DNA of 64,000 bases from Bacteroidia bacterium (GTDB taxonomy: Bacteria > Bacteroidota > Bacteroidia > AKYH767-A > 2013-40CM-41-45), in contig JBBRND010000024.1 in the NCBI GenBank assembly GCA_038230515.1, forward strand, positions 845-64,844, given 5' to 3'. The notes below the pieces were generated by a model. That model was not told where the DNA came from. It worked only from the letters and a program-made list of their open reading frames with translations, and made no database searches. The position numbers and the translations under genes were made by a program. Numbering within the stretch: the stretch's first letter is position 1; every line of letters begins with the position of its first letter. Below are positions 49,897 to 59,694 of this stretch, one piece after another.

Positions 49897-50802
49897 ATGA
49901 ATTCTGAAGTTGAAAATACGTTACCACAAAATGCGAGAGCTGGAAATGCTTCTGTAAGTATTCTTGATGAATCTCTTTTTACTGGTGAGAAGAAGCAATA
50001 CAATCTTTTTTGTTCCGTTGATGCAGAGTTTATCAGCATTGCAGCGGTTGATGCTGCTCAGATGAAGTTCGTGGGCTTTGAAGGTTTTCATTTTCCGAAA
50101 GGATTGAGTGATGAGCAACTCTCTGCTAAAATAACTTCGCTTGCCGAGCAAAGCTCCATTCTAAAGAAAGTTGACTTCAGAAATGTATCTGTTCAGGTTT
50201 CTAATTCACTTTTTACTTTTATTCCGAAAGCATTATTTAAAAAGGAAGACGCAGAGCAATATTATTATTTCAATCATCAATCTGTTGATGGAATTCAGAT
50301 TCATCATGAATTGATTCGCGCGTATGATATGGTGAATATTTTTTCGGTTCCAGAAAAAATAAATGTAGGAGTGAAAAAATTATTTGAGCAGTTTACTTTT
50401 CACCATCATCTTTCCTCCTTACTTGAGGCAGCAAAGTTTCATACGCAAAAGCAAGTGGGAAAAGTGTTGTTTGTTCACATCCATTCTTCAAGTATTGATG
50501 TTGTTGTGACTGAAGAGCGAAAACTCCTTTTAGCTAATTCATTTTCTTTTAAGAGTGTGGAAGACGCATTGTATTTTGTGTTGATGGTGTGCGAGCACCT
50601 AGCTCTCAATCCTGAGAAAATTCCTGTTGTTCTTTCGGGAGAAATCGAAAAAGCTTCTGCGTTGAGTAATCTCCTGCACAAATACATTCGCAACATTGAG
50701 TTGAGCGAGCGAATCAAGACGGTGGAATTCACGTATGGTTTTGATCAACTGCCCGCGCATTTTTATCATTCAGCATTCAGTCACATTCTGTGCGAATTAT
50801 AA
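49897..50802 (+). CDS. Hypothetical protein (DUF3822-like, conserved upstream of rsmD in Bacteroidota)
   Basis: 301-aa ORF overlapping the rsmD start. Confidence 0.4.
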   Translation: MNSEVENTLPQNARAGNASVSILDESLFTGEKKQYNLFCSVDAEFISIAAVDAAQMKFVGFEGFHFPKGLSDEQLSAKITSLAEQSSILKKVDFRNVSVQVSNSLFTFIPKALFKKEDAEQYYYFNHQSVDGIQIHHELIRAYDMVNIFSVPEKINVGVKKLFEQFTFHHHLSSLLEAAKFHTQKQVGKVLFVHIHSSSIDVVVTEERKLLLANSFSFKSVEDALYFVLMVCEHLALNPEKIPVVLSGEIEKASALSNLLHKYIRNIELSERIKTVEFTYGFDQLPAHFYHSAFSHILCEL

Positions 50803-51320
50803 GCGGCATCTTTGGCGGAAGGAATATTTCAACTCCGGAAAATCTTCCGGTTCGTCCGACAACTGATTTTGCAAAATCCGGATTATTCAACATTCTTAAT
50901 AACTACATTGATTTTGAAAGCATCTCAGTTCTCGATTTGTTTTGCGGAACAGGAAATATCAGCTTTGAATTTGCTTCACGCGGAGCGAAAGAAATTATTT
51001 GCGTGGATGAGCATGCAGGATGTTTGAAATTCATCAAAGAATTTTCGGAGAAATTATCCATCTCAGGAATTTCGACAATGAAGTCAGATGCATTCAAATT
51101 TGTGGAGCATTGCGAGCGGAAGTTCGATCTCATCTTTGCCGACCCTCCGTTTGATTCAACAGAAACAGATCGTCTTCTGGAGATGATTCTTGAAAAGAAA
51201 ATGTTGAATGAAGACGGATGGCTGATTGTGGAGCATCAATCAAAACGTATACTGAAAGCTGAAGTGCATCCGTGGCAGATCAGGAAATATGGAAATTGTT
51301 CATTCAGTATCTACAAATAG
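50790..51320 (+). CDS. rsmD: 16S rRNA (guanine966-N2)-methyltransferase RsmD
   Basis: 'RIISGIFGGRNI...LDLFCGTGNISFE...IFADPPF'. Confidence 0.8.
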   Translation: MRIISGIFGGRNISTPENLPVRPTTDFAKSGLFNILNNYIDFESISVLDLFCGTGNISFEFASRGAKEIICVDEHAGCLKFIKEFSEKLSISGISTMKSDAFKFVEHCERKFDLIFADPPFDSTETDRLLEMILEKKMLNEDGWLIVEHQSKRILKAEVHPWQIRKYGNCSFSIYK

Positions 51321-51401
51321 TTTGTACTAATCTCACAATTCGTATATTCGTAAAAGATTAGTTATTCGATGGGGTAATTCCTCCGTCATAAATAAATTCA
51401 C

Positions 51402-51860
51402 ATGAGCAACATTGCGGTATTCCCCGGCTCTTTCGATCCCATTACCAAAGGGCATGAAAGCATTGTAAGGCGTGCGCTTCCTATCTTCGATGAAATTGTA
51501 ATCGGCATCGGTTACAACACAAACAAAAATTATTTTTTTTCGCAAGAGCGCAGAGAACATTTCATCAAAAAAACTTTTGCTGACGAAAAGAAAATAAAAG
51601 TAGCCCTCTATAGTGGACTTACAGTAAACTACTGCAAAGAGATCGGAGCGCGCTATATCCTTCGCGGACTGCGCACGTCAGCGGACTATGAATTTGAACG
51701 GGCAATCGCTCAAATGAACAAAGCAATGAATCCTGATGTGGAAACAATTTTCCTGGTTTCTGATCCTGCACTCAGTCACATATCTTCCACGATTGTGCGC
51801 GACATCCTTTTGTATCAGGGAGATATTTCTCCGTTTGTACCGGAGGGAGTTACGATTTAA
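51402..51860 (+). CDS. coaD: Phosphopantetheine adenylyltransferase
   Basis: 'IAVFPGSFDPITKGHESIV...GLRTSADYEFE...ISSTIVRDI'. Confidence 0.9.
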   Translation: MSNIAVFPGSFDPITKGHESIVRRALPIFDEIVIGIGYNTNKNYFFSQERREHFIKKTFADEKKIKVALYSGLTVNYCKEIGARYILRGLRTSADYEFERAIAQMNKAMNPDVETIFLVSDPALSHISSTIVRDILLYQGDISPFVPEGVTI

Positions 51861-52473
51861 GCTTCAAAATGTTCTGAAGGAGTTCTCCGATAGAAGAATA
51901 TGTATTCTTCACTACCACATTTTTTATTTGCTGTTCAGTCATCCATTCTGCTTTCGTAATGTCTTCTTCCATTTGAGGGATTAGCTTCTGAGATTTTGTT
52001 TTCATCAAATACCAATGTGTCTTTTTTAAAATTCGTTTTCCTTTTTCTGAATAGGTATGAAAAGTTTTATTGAGTGGTTTACTGATTTCTAGATTACTTA
52101 TTCCACATTCTTCTTCCACTTCGCGTATGCCCGCCTGTTCCGGAGTTTCATCATAGTCGAGTTTGCCTTTTGGTAAATCCCATTTTCCTTTTCTGAAGAT
52201 GAGTAGGTATTCATTCTTTTCATTCATCACCAATCCGCCTGATGCTTCTATCAACGTGCAGTAGGAAATAAAAAGCTGCCATGATACATCGGGACTTGCG
52301 GTGAGATAAATAAATCCCGGATGGTTTTTTGTTTCTTCCAATTCGATTATGGCATCTTTCACACTCATTTCTTTTTCAGCGATGAAAATACTTTGAGTGT
52401 TTCCTTTCCATTCATCTGCTTCATAAGCATTAACGAATCGGAAGGGTTTATCTTTTACAAAAACGAAATGCAT
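51850..52473 (-). CDS. NUDIX hydrolase
   Basis: Nudix box 'GKLDYDETPEQAGIREVEEECGI'. Confidence 0.75.
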   Translation of the reverse strand: MHFVFVKDKPFRFVNAYEADEWKGNTQSIFIAEKEMSVKDAIIELEETKNHPGFIYLTASPDVSWQLFISYCTLIEASGGLVMNEKNEYLLIFRKGKWDLPKGKLDYDETPEQAGIREVEEECGISNLEISKPLNKTFHTYSEKGKRILKKTHWYLMKTKSQKLIPQMEEDITKAEWMTEQQIKNVVVKNTYSSIGELLQNILKLKS

Positions 52474-52577
52474 AGAAGTTTGAGATTTTAGTTTTTGGTT
52501 ACAATGGGCAACAAAGTTACTTCGACTTTTTTATTCCCTATTACTTCTTCCTTATTACTTCTTCTTACTTTCGCCTC

Positions 52578-53222
52578 ATGCCGATACGAAACGACACAGC
52601 CGATAAAATTGCCGAAAGACTTTTAGAAATTAAAGCCATCAAACTTCAGCCAAACAAACCTTTCACGTGGGCTTCGGGTTGGAAGAGTCCTATTTATTGT
52701 GACAACCGGATTTCTCTTTCGCATCCGAAAGTGAGAACATACATTCGTCAATCACTTGTAGAAGCTATTGAAGATAAATTCGGAAAGCCCGATGCAATTG
52801 CAGGCGTTGCTACTGCTGCAATTGCGCAGGGAGCATTGGTTGCGGAAGCTATGGGTTTACCGTTTGTGTATGTGCGTTCTTCTCCGAAAGATCACGGGAG
52901 AGAAAACTTAATTGAAGGGGAAGTAAGAAAAGGACAAAGCATTGTGGTGATTGAAGATTTGATTTCTACAGGAGGAAGTTCTCTCAAAGCAGTGAAGGCA
53001 CTACGCGATGCGGGCTGTAAAGTAAACGGAATGATTTCAGTTTTTACTTACGGATTTAAAGTAGCGGAAGATAATTTCAAAAAAGAGAAGTGCCGGGTTA
53101 TTTCTCTTTGCGATTATGATACGTTGATTGCAAAAGCAGTTGATTCAAAATACGTCAGAGCTTCTGATCTTGAAACGCTGAAGGCGTGGAAAGAAAAACC
53201 GGAAGCATGGAGCGGAAAATAA
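52578..53222 (+). CDS. pyrE: Orotate phosphoribosyltransferase
   Basis: 'FTWASGWKSPIYCDNR' and PRPP-binding 'IVVIEDLISTGGS'. Confidence 0.85.
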   Translation: MPIRNDTADKIAERLLEIKAIKLQPNKPFTWASGWKSPIYCDNRISLSHPKVRTYIRQSLVEAIEDKFGKPDAIAGVATAAIAQGALVAEAMGLPFVYVRSSPKDHGRENLIEGEVRKGQSIVVIEDLISTGGSSLKAVKALRDAGCKVNGMISVFTYGFKVAEDNFKKEKCRVISLCDYDTLIAKAVDSKYVRASDLETLKAWKEKPEAWSGK

Positions 53223-53309
53223 ATTTGAAAATTTGAAAAGGTGATGACTTGAAAATGAAACAGCCGGTTGCAAGTGATACAGAACAAGAAACAAAAAACA
53301 ATTTAAGAT

Positions 53310-53702
53310 ATGACACGATTAGAAAGCGATAAAGTAACCGTAAACAAAACATCAAAGGAAGTTTTTGATTTTCTTTCTGACTTCAATAACTATGAACGTT
53401 TGATGCCGGAGCAGGTGACTGATTGGAAAAGTACTGTTGATGAATGTAGCTTCACCATTAAGGGAATGGCATCACTCGGAATGAAGATGAAAGAAAAAAC
53501 TCCGAACTCTTCCATTGTAATTGAGAAAAATGGAAAAGCGCCTTTTGATTTTTTTCTATTGTGCAACATCGAAGACAAACAAGCTCAAAGCGAAGTGCAA
53601 TTAATTTTTGATGCCGATCTTAATGTTATGCTAAAGATGATGGCAAGTAAGCCGCTTACCAATTTTTTAAATTTATTGGCTTCTAAGTTGAAGGAAATTT
53701 AG
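53310..53702 (+). CDS. SRPBCC-family (START/polyketide-cyclase-like) protein
   Basis: 130 aa. 'VTVNKTSKEVFDFLSDFNNYERLMPE' typical N-terminus. Confidence 0.45.
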   Translation: MTRLESDKVTVNKTSKEVFDFLSDFNNYERLMPEQVTDWKSTVDECSFTIKGMASLGMKMKEKTPNSSIVIEKNGKAPFDFFLLCNIEDKQAQSEVQLIFDADLNVMLKMMASKPLTNFLNLLASKLKEI

Positions 53703-53727
53703 AGAACAGAAAATAATAAGAAGTAAG

Positions 53728-53979
53728 TTATTTGAAAAAGTGCAATGTGTGACCAAAATGAAATTTGCTTGCAACAATAAGAATAACTGCTACAAGTAAC
53801 ATCATTGCAAGAATAGATTTCGGATTTGCAAAATTTATTGTCCATCCAAGGTATGTCCTCTTTGGAGGAAAGATGCGCTTGTCTTTTTTGTTATAATAAA
53901 AAACTCCGAGCTTCCAATTAGCTGGATCATCATGCCATTGGCGGTAGGTTTCTTTGTTTGGTTCGGTTTCCATCCTCAA
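53728..53979 (-). CDS. Small membrane protein (83 aa)
   Basis: C-terminal TM helix. 'WHDDPANWKLGVFYYNKKD' conserved-looking N-terminus. Confidence 0.4.
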   Translation of the reverse strand: MRMETEPNKETYRQWHDDPANWKLGVFYYNKKDKRIFPPKRTYLGWTINFANPKSILAMMLLVAVILIVASKFHFGHTLHFFK

Positions 53980-54134
53980 ATGATTCAGTAAAGATTGTAC
54001 TTAATCCTGTAGTTGCAAAATCAACCCTCGGACTTTTTAAATTTATTTGCTTCGAGCCCAAAAGAAATATAGTTTCGGCTTGTGGAAATGAGATGACTTA
54101 ATCATCATCTCTTTGAACTTAAACCATCACCACC

Positions 54135-56354
54135 ATGAGGAGGTTCATAACAACAAGCACGATTGCCGAAATTCTTTTAGTTATTCTTTTCATTTCTCTT
54201 TCTTCTTTGAAAGCGAAGGCCGAAAACCGCTATGCCCTTTTAATCGGTATCAATAAATACATTAAGCCGGATGCCGATGTGCCGAAGAATCTATTGTCAC
54301 GGGCGGAAATGTTTAAAGATCTGAATGGCTGCATCAACGATGTGGATGCAATTTCTGATGTGCTGAAACTTCGCTTTGGCTTTTCTGAGGGAAATATTTC
54401 CACTCTTTTTGACGGACAAGCAACTCGCGAGGGAATTCTTTCATCGCTTGAAGCGCTGAGGAATAAATGTAACAAAGGCGATGTGGCTTTTATTTTTTAT
54501 TCGGGACATGGCTCGCAGTATCCGAACAGACTATCTCCGGAAGCGGATAAATTAGATGAAACCATCGTTCCTGCTGACGGAATTTTTATCGGGAAGGATA
54601 TTCGCGATAAAGAGATTGCTTCCGTATTTCAAAAGTTTATTGACAAAGGAATTATTCTTACTGCCGTGATGGATGCCTGCCACAGCGGAAGCATTGCGCG
54701 TGGGTTGGACATTGAATACAAAATGGTGAAGCCATCAACCGATACTATCAGCGATGGAAAAAATTATCCGCAGCCGGAAAAAAACGGTGCGTTAATATTG
54801 AGCGCTTCGCAAGATTTTCAAACGGAGAGTGCACGCACGTATGCTGATAATAAATGGATGAGCAATCTCACCAAAGCATTTATTGATGTATTGAAATTAA
54901 ACAAAGCCGATCTTCCAGCTTCTGAATTCAAGGATGCAATTGAAGCGCGGATGCGCTGCCTTGGATTTCCGCAGGTGCCGGTGCTTGCAGCAAATGATTT
55001 GCGCAGAAAACAAAATCTTCTCGGCACGGCTTCTTTTAAGGATGAAGGAATGATGGCAATGCTCGAAAAAGTTTTGCCCGATCAATCTCTGCTGATGGAA
55101 GGCGGCATGGCTTCTGGCATTGAAGAAGGAAGTGAACTTGTTGACAAAACCGGAAAATTTAAAATAGAAATTACAGAAACCACCGGACTCAATCAGTCAA
55201 AGGCAAAAATTATTTCAGGAAATGTTGCTGAATTGAAAGCCGGAATTCCTTTCAAGGTAAAAAAATTTGCGTACGCTCCTAAGCATAAGTTGCAGGTTGC
55301 ATTGCCCGTCATCAATCTTAACCGTGTGCAGTATTTTTCTTTGTTGAATGATCTTTCAAAAATTATTCAGCAGAAAAATATTCAAATTATTTCTGACATC
55401 AAACAAAAACCTTTTTATACTCTTTACTTCAATAAAGAAAAATGGTATTTGCATTTCAATGACAGCGATGTGGCAATGGATGCCCCGTTGAAAGAATTGT
55501 CTTCGCATCTCCTGGAAAATAAATCCATTCTTCTTCAACTTCCTTTTTACAAAGAGATGTATGCATCGGTAAGTAAACTGATTGCCGATCAATATTCCTG
55601 CGTGGCGCAAACCGATTACGGCAATGCCGATTATTTTGTAAGTGGAACTTTTGATCAGAACAAATTGAGTTATTCTGTAGTGAAAACATTGGCCGATGTT
55701 TCCGGTGAATCCGATTATCCTTTGCGAAGTGATCCGTTCGAGGTGGATACTGCATCAGAAAAAAATACTTCTGTAAAACTTTGCGATGTTTTTTACAAAC
55801 TCGGAAAAATAAAAACATGGCTCACGCTGGAGAGTGCAGTTGGAAATACAAATTTCCCTTATCATCTTTCCTTGAAAAACAAATCCACCAACGAAATAAT
55901 GCAGAACGGAACGGTAACTGACGGAGAAAAATTTCAACTCATCCTGGTGAAAGATAAATCGGCTTTTACAACAGATTCAATTTCCAAAAGATGGGTGTAT
56001 GTTTTTTACATTAGCGAAAAAGGAGACATTGATGTTTTATTTCCCATATCAAATGACAACATTGAAAACAGATACCCCATGAAAGAGTCGGCTGCCGAAG
56101 AACTGTTATCGGGTTCTGAAATAACTGTAGGCGCGCCATTCGGCATTGACCACATACTTATGCTTACTACTGAAGAACCGCTGGCCGATTTCAATAAACT
56201 GAAACAAGAAGGAATTGCCACCCGCGCCATTTCTTCTAACCCGCTTGATGATTTAATAAACCAAAGCAACTGCCGCACCCGCGGAATAAATACAGTGAAA
56301 ACACCCGACACCTGGAGCTTGCAAAAAATTAGGTTTAAAAGTGTGCCTAAATAA
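54135..56354 (+). CDS. Caspase-family (peptidase C14) protein with a large C-terminal extension
   Basis: Signal peptide. 'YALLIGINKY...FIFYSGHGSQ...AVMDACHSGS' His/Cys catalytic dyad motifs. Confidence 0.75.
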   Translation: MRRFITTSTIAEILLVILFISLSSLKAKAENRYALLIGINKYIKPDADVPKNLLSRAEMFKDLNGCINDVDAISDVLKLRFGFSEGNISTLFDGQATREGILSSLEALRNKCNKGDVAFIFYSGHGSQYPNRLSPEADKLDETIVPADGIFIGKDIRDKEIASVFQKFIDKGIILTAVMDACHSGSIARGLDIEYKMVKPSTDTISDGKNYPQPEKNGALILSASQDFQTESARTYADNKWMSNLTKAFIDVLKLNKADLPASEFKDAIEARMRCLGFPQVPVLAANDLRRKQNLLGTASFKDEGMMAMLEKVLPDQSLLMEGGMASGIEEGSELVDKTGKFKIEITETTGLNQSKAKIISGNVAELKAGIPFKVKKFAYAPKHKLQVALPVINLNRVQYFSLLNDLSKIIQQKNIQIISDIKQKPFYTLYFNKEKWYLHFNDSDVAMDAPLKELSSHLLENKSILLQLPFYKEMYASVSKLIADQYSCVAQTDYGNADYFVSGTFDQNKLSYSVVKTLADVSGESDYPLRSDPFEVDTASEKNTSVKLCDVFYKLGKIKTWLTLESAVGNTNFPYHLSLKNKSTNEIMQNGTVTDGEKFQLILVKDKSAFTTDSISKRWVYVFYISEKGDIDVLFPISNDNIENRYPMKESAAEELLSGSEITVGAPFGIDHILMLTTEEPLADFNKLKQEGIATRAISSNPLDDLINQSNCRTRGINTVKTPDTWSLQKIRFKSVPK

Positions 56355-56360
56355 GCCAAA

Positions 56361-58784
56361 ATGAATAAAAACATGCTTTTCAACGAAATTTCTTCTAAAG
56401 CGAACGCTTCTTTTAAAGAAGTGAACCATTTTTCAGCTAAAGTGAATGCTTCTTTAAAAGAAGGAAACACTTCTTTATCTAAAGTGAATGCTTCTTTTAA
56501 AGAAGTGAGCCCTTTTTCCACTAAAGTGAACGCTTCTTCCACTAAAGCGAACCCTTCATATGGAGAAGTGAACACTTCATATGGAAAAGCGAACACTTTA
56601 TATGGAGAAGTGAACCCTTCATATGGAAAAGCGAACCCTTCATATGGAAAAGTGAACACTTCATATGGAAAAGCGAACACTTCATATGGAATAACGAAGG
56701 AATGTTTGGCAAAAAACGACAGAATTCGCATAAATAAGCTCGAAATCATCAAACTCTTTCTTTTTCTCTTTCTTTTTTGCACTCTCTGCCTGAAAACTCC
56801 TTATGCCCAAACTCCCAAAGGGTTCTCTGTTATAAAACAGGAAGAGAAAAAAGTAGAAGGGAAAACGTATGCGTTGATAATAGGAATCTCCACTTACAAA
56901 AACCCAGCAATACCTGCTCTGCAATTTGCAGATAAAGATGCCATTGCTTTCTCTAATTATTTAGTTGCAACAGGAGTTGATTCAAACAACATCACACTTC
57001 TTATTAATGAGAAAGCAACTAACGGAGAATTTTGGGCAAGCATAAATTACCTTACTGATATTACAAAACAGGGCGATAAAGTTTTTATTTATTTCAGCGG
57101 ACATGGTGATGTAGAAAATAAAACCGTTGTGAAAGATGCTTACCTGCTTCCATACGATGCACCCAAATGTGTGTATCCTTCGGGAGCCATCGGAATTTAT
57201 TATCTGAAGAACTGGATTGCCACACTTTCATCAAAAGGAATTCAGGTTGTATTTATTGCAGACGCCTGCCGGAGTGGAAACCTTGCCGGTGGAAGAGAAG
57301 GAATGGAAGCGGCAGCGGAAGTTTTAAAAGATAAATGGGTGGATGAAATAAAAATTCTCAGTTGTCAGCCGGGCGAACTTTCTGTTGAAGGAAAGCAGTG
57401 GGGCAACGGCAGAGGATTGTTTTCTTTCGAGCTTGTGAACGGCATTTCGGGACTTGCTGATAAAAACAAGGACGGGAAAGTTTCACTGCGCGAGCTAAAC
57501 CTTTATCTCATGGAAAAAGTTCCGGAGGAAAATCCTCTCCCGCAAAACCCAATGGTGGAGGGAAACATGGAAGCAACGATAGCAACGATAAACCCGAAAC
57601 TTCTTGCTGAAATTTCTTTGCGACAAAGCACTTCTTCATTTGCTTCTATTGATACAAGGGGCTTTGACGAAACGCTATTGAAAAACCTGCATGACAGTAT
57701 AAAAGTAAATTATCATTTGTTCAAAACGTATTTAGACAGCGGTATTCTCATCCGCAAAGATCCAAGTCCCTCTGCCAATCTTTATTATAACAGGGTTCCT
57801 GATAATAACTCAACAAAACTTCTTCGTGCGTTGATGAAAAGAAATTTTTCGGCAGCACTACTCGAAAGATTAAATGAAGTTAAATCCCTTTTGATGAACA
57901 GTAATAGCAGCCAGGTATTCTATGTGGATGAAATTGAAAAAACAGGAAAATTAGTGAGAGAGATTTTAGGAGATGTAAAATTAAAATCAATGGGTGCTCT
58001 TCCCGGAATACTTGCGGCTGAAGCTTCATCTGCATCTGCCACAAAGGATCCTGAAAACATAAAAGAGGGATTAAGCAAACTTGACAGCAGCATTATGCTG
58101 GAATCACATTCGGCTATGCTTTATTTTCTAAGGGCTTTAGCCAAGTTGAATGCCAGTGATATGACAGCTGTTGCCGATCTGAATAAGGCCATCGAACTTT
58201 CTCCGAAATTCTTTTTTGCCTATCAGGTTTTAGTATCTCTTTATGATCGCATGTCCCAATTTCATCCGGCAGTTGAAATGGGCTACAGGATGTTAAAAGC
58301 AGACTCCAGTTTCACTTACACATTCCTTGCTTACAAAGTATTGGCCCGGGCTTATTTTAATCTTGGTAAAATAGATTCTGCAGGGTATTACGTTAATAAA
58401 ACAGTGGGCATGATTAATAGTGATCCTCAGAATAAAGGAATTATGGCCGAAGATTTGGGTGCGATTGGAGGTTATTATTCCGACACTAAAAACTATCCTA
58501 AAGCGATTGAATTTTATTTAAAAGGAATGAACTATGTTTCGGAGAATAAAGAATTCCATGATTTGGTTGCGGACAGTGCGTTTGCTTACTACAACATTTC
58601 ATGCTGCTATTCTCTTATGACTGATAAATCCAATGCTTTAAAATATTTTGAACTTTCTCTTCAAAATGGATTTAAGGATTTTAGACATATCGGTGAAGAC
58701 ACAGATTTGGATAACATCCGCTCAAGTGCGGAATTCACCGCCATCATGAAAAAATACTTCCCCGATCAAACCAAACAAAAATGA
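56361..58784 (+). CDS. Caspase-family (peptidase C14) protein with an N-terminal 8-aa tandem-repeat extension, internal hydrophobic anchor and C-terminal TPR region
   Basis: 'YALIIGISTYKN...IYFSGHGD...FIADACRSGN' dyad. ~13 copies of (K/E)(A/V)N(T/P/A)S(Y/F)G(K/E). TPR-like helices in the last ~250 aa. Confidence 0.7.
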   Translation: MNKNMLFNEISSKANASFKEVNHFSAKVNASLKEGNTSLSKVNASFKEVSPFSTKVNASSTKANPSYGEVNTSYGKANTLYGEVNPSYGKANPSYGKVNTSYGKANTSYGITKECLAKNDRIRINKLEIIKLFLFLFLFCTLCLKTPYAQTPKGFSVIKQEEKKVEGKTYALIIGISTYKNPAIPALQFADKDAIAFSNYLVATGVDSNNITLLINEKATNGEFWASINYLTDITKQGDKVFIYFSGHGDVENKTVVKDAYLLPYDAPKCVYPSGAIGIYYLKNWIATLSSKGIQVVFIADACRSGNLAGGREGMEAAAEVLKDKWVDEIKILSCQPGELSVEGKQWGNGRGLFSFELVNGISGLADKNKDGKVSLRELNLYLMEKVPEENPLPQNPMVEGNMEATIATINPKLLAEISLRQSTSSFASIDTRGFDETLLKNLHDSIKVNYHLFKTYLDSGILIRKDPSPSANLYYNRVPDNNSTKLLRALMKRNFSAALLERLNEVKSLLMNSNSSQVFYVDEIEKTGKLVREILGDVKLKSMGALPGILAAEASSASATKDPENIKEGLSKLDSSIMLESHSAMLYFLRALAKLNASDMTAVADLNKAIELSPKFFFAYQVLVSLYDRMSQFHPAVEMGYRMLKADSSFTYTFLAYKVLARAYFNLGKIDSAGYYVNKTVGMINSDPQNKGIMAEDLGAIGGYYSDTKNYPKAIEFYLKGMNYVSENKEFHDLVADSAFAYYNISCCYSLMTDKSNALKYFELSLQNGFKDFRHIGEDTDLDNIRSSAEFTAIMKKYFPDQTKQK
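56395..56700 (+). repeat. Tandem 24-bp repeat array (~13 units, e.g. gtgaacacttcatatggaaaagcg), in frame inside the 5' end of the caspase ORF
   Basis: Read directly in the sequence. 3'-proximal units are nearly identical and 5'-proximal ones more diverged. Confidence 0.8.
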
Positions 58785-58912
58785 AACACAAATGTTATTG
58801 CCGCCTGTTTACATACGCAATCTGTAGAATGATTTTCCGCTCTCAGATTAAGTTACTATTTTTGGAGTGAAGATTTATCCATTCGTTTTTGAGAACCTAA
58901 TTCCTTACCACA

Positions 58913-59581
58913 ATGGCACAACTTACTGAAGACGCTGCAAAACGCATGACAATGGGATATGAGAATTACATTGATCATCTTTATCTTGATGGAGAAGGGC
59001 ATCTTACTGTTGGTTATGGAACCAAATTTGAGCGGGGAGAAGAAGATTCGGTTGCTTACACCGTGCGGTTTTTTAAGGATGAAGACAAAAAATCCATTGC
59101 ATCTATTGAGGATGTAGTTCATGAAATAAGCCATCTCAGAAATAAATATGCCGGAAATGTTCAGGCAAGTTATTACAGCAGAAATAAGATTGTAAAACTT
59201 CGTGCTGAAGATTACACTCTTCAACGTCTGTTTCAGGATAGGTATGCCAATGCAAAGCGGCTGGCTGCTGAATGGTACAATGAGCGTGCTGATGGCGAAC
59301 AGGTGGTGGGGGGAGCAAAAATTGTGAACCCTGATTTTAATTCGTTGCATCCTAACATAAGATATGCTCTTACTGATATGGCATACCAGATGAATGGCGG
59401 TAGAAAGGTGAATCCAAGAAAAGGGCTGATAAAATTTAAAAGTCTAAAGAAGGCATTGAAGATTGGCGATTATGAAACCGCTGCAAGAGAATCCATTCGC
59501 CCACAGGCACAAGGGGACCGAAACTTAATGACACACGAACTTATTTTATCACCAAAGCATGATTCGGTCAAGATAAGGTGA
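58913..59581 (+). CDS. T4-lysozyme-like (GH24) muramidase, putative
   Basis: 'MGYENYIDHLYLDGEGHLTVGYGT' reproduces the T4L E-9-D-6-T catalytic spacing (E17, D26, T32). Confidence 0.5.
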   Translation: MAQLTEDAAKRMTMGYENYIDHLYLDGEGHLTVGYGTKFERGEEDSVAYTVRFFKDEDKKSIASIEDVVHEISHLRNKYAGNVQASYYSRNKIVKLRAEDYTLQRLFQDRYANAKRLAAEWYNERADGEQVVGGAKIVNPDFNSLHPNIRYALTDMAYQMNGGRKVNPRKGLIKFKSLKKALKIGDYETAARESIRPQAQGDRNLMTHELILSPKHDSVKIR

Positions 59582-59604
59582 AAAAAAATTAGTTGAAATT
59601 TAAG

Positions 59605-59676
59605 TACCCCCACCAGGAATCGAACCTGGATTTAAAGTTTAGGAAACTTCCGTTCTATCCATTGAACTACAGGGGC
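59605..59676 (-). tRNA. tRNA-Arg (anticodon CCT)
   Basis: Reverse complement GCCCCTGTAGTTCAATGGATAGAACGGAAGTTTCCTAAACTTTAAATCCAGGTTCGATTCCTGGTGGGGGTA folds as a cloverleaf with three G-U pairs in the acceptor stem. Confidence 0.65.
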
Positions 59677-59694
59677 AGGAATTTAGCCGCGAAG

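Noticed and set aside
56006-56782. 258-aa minus-strand ORF (FPYEVFAFPYEGF... repeats)
   Set aside because: It is the antisense reading of the 24-bp tandem repeat inside the plus-strand caspase gene. The plus-strand frame continues into a clear caspase domain, so the minus ORF is a mirror artefact.
58856-59350. 164-aa minus-strand ORF overlapping the lysozyme-like gene
   Set aside because: Low-complexity Cys/Phe-rich translation with no motif. The plus-strand frame carries the T4L-like catalytic triad.
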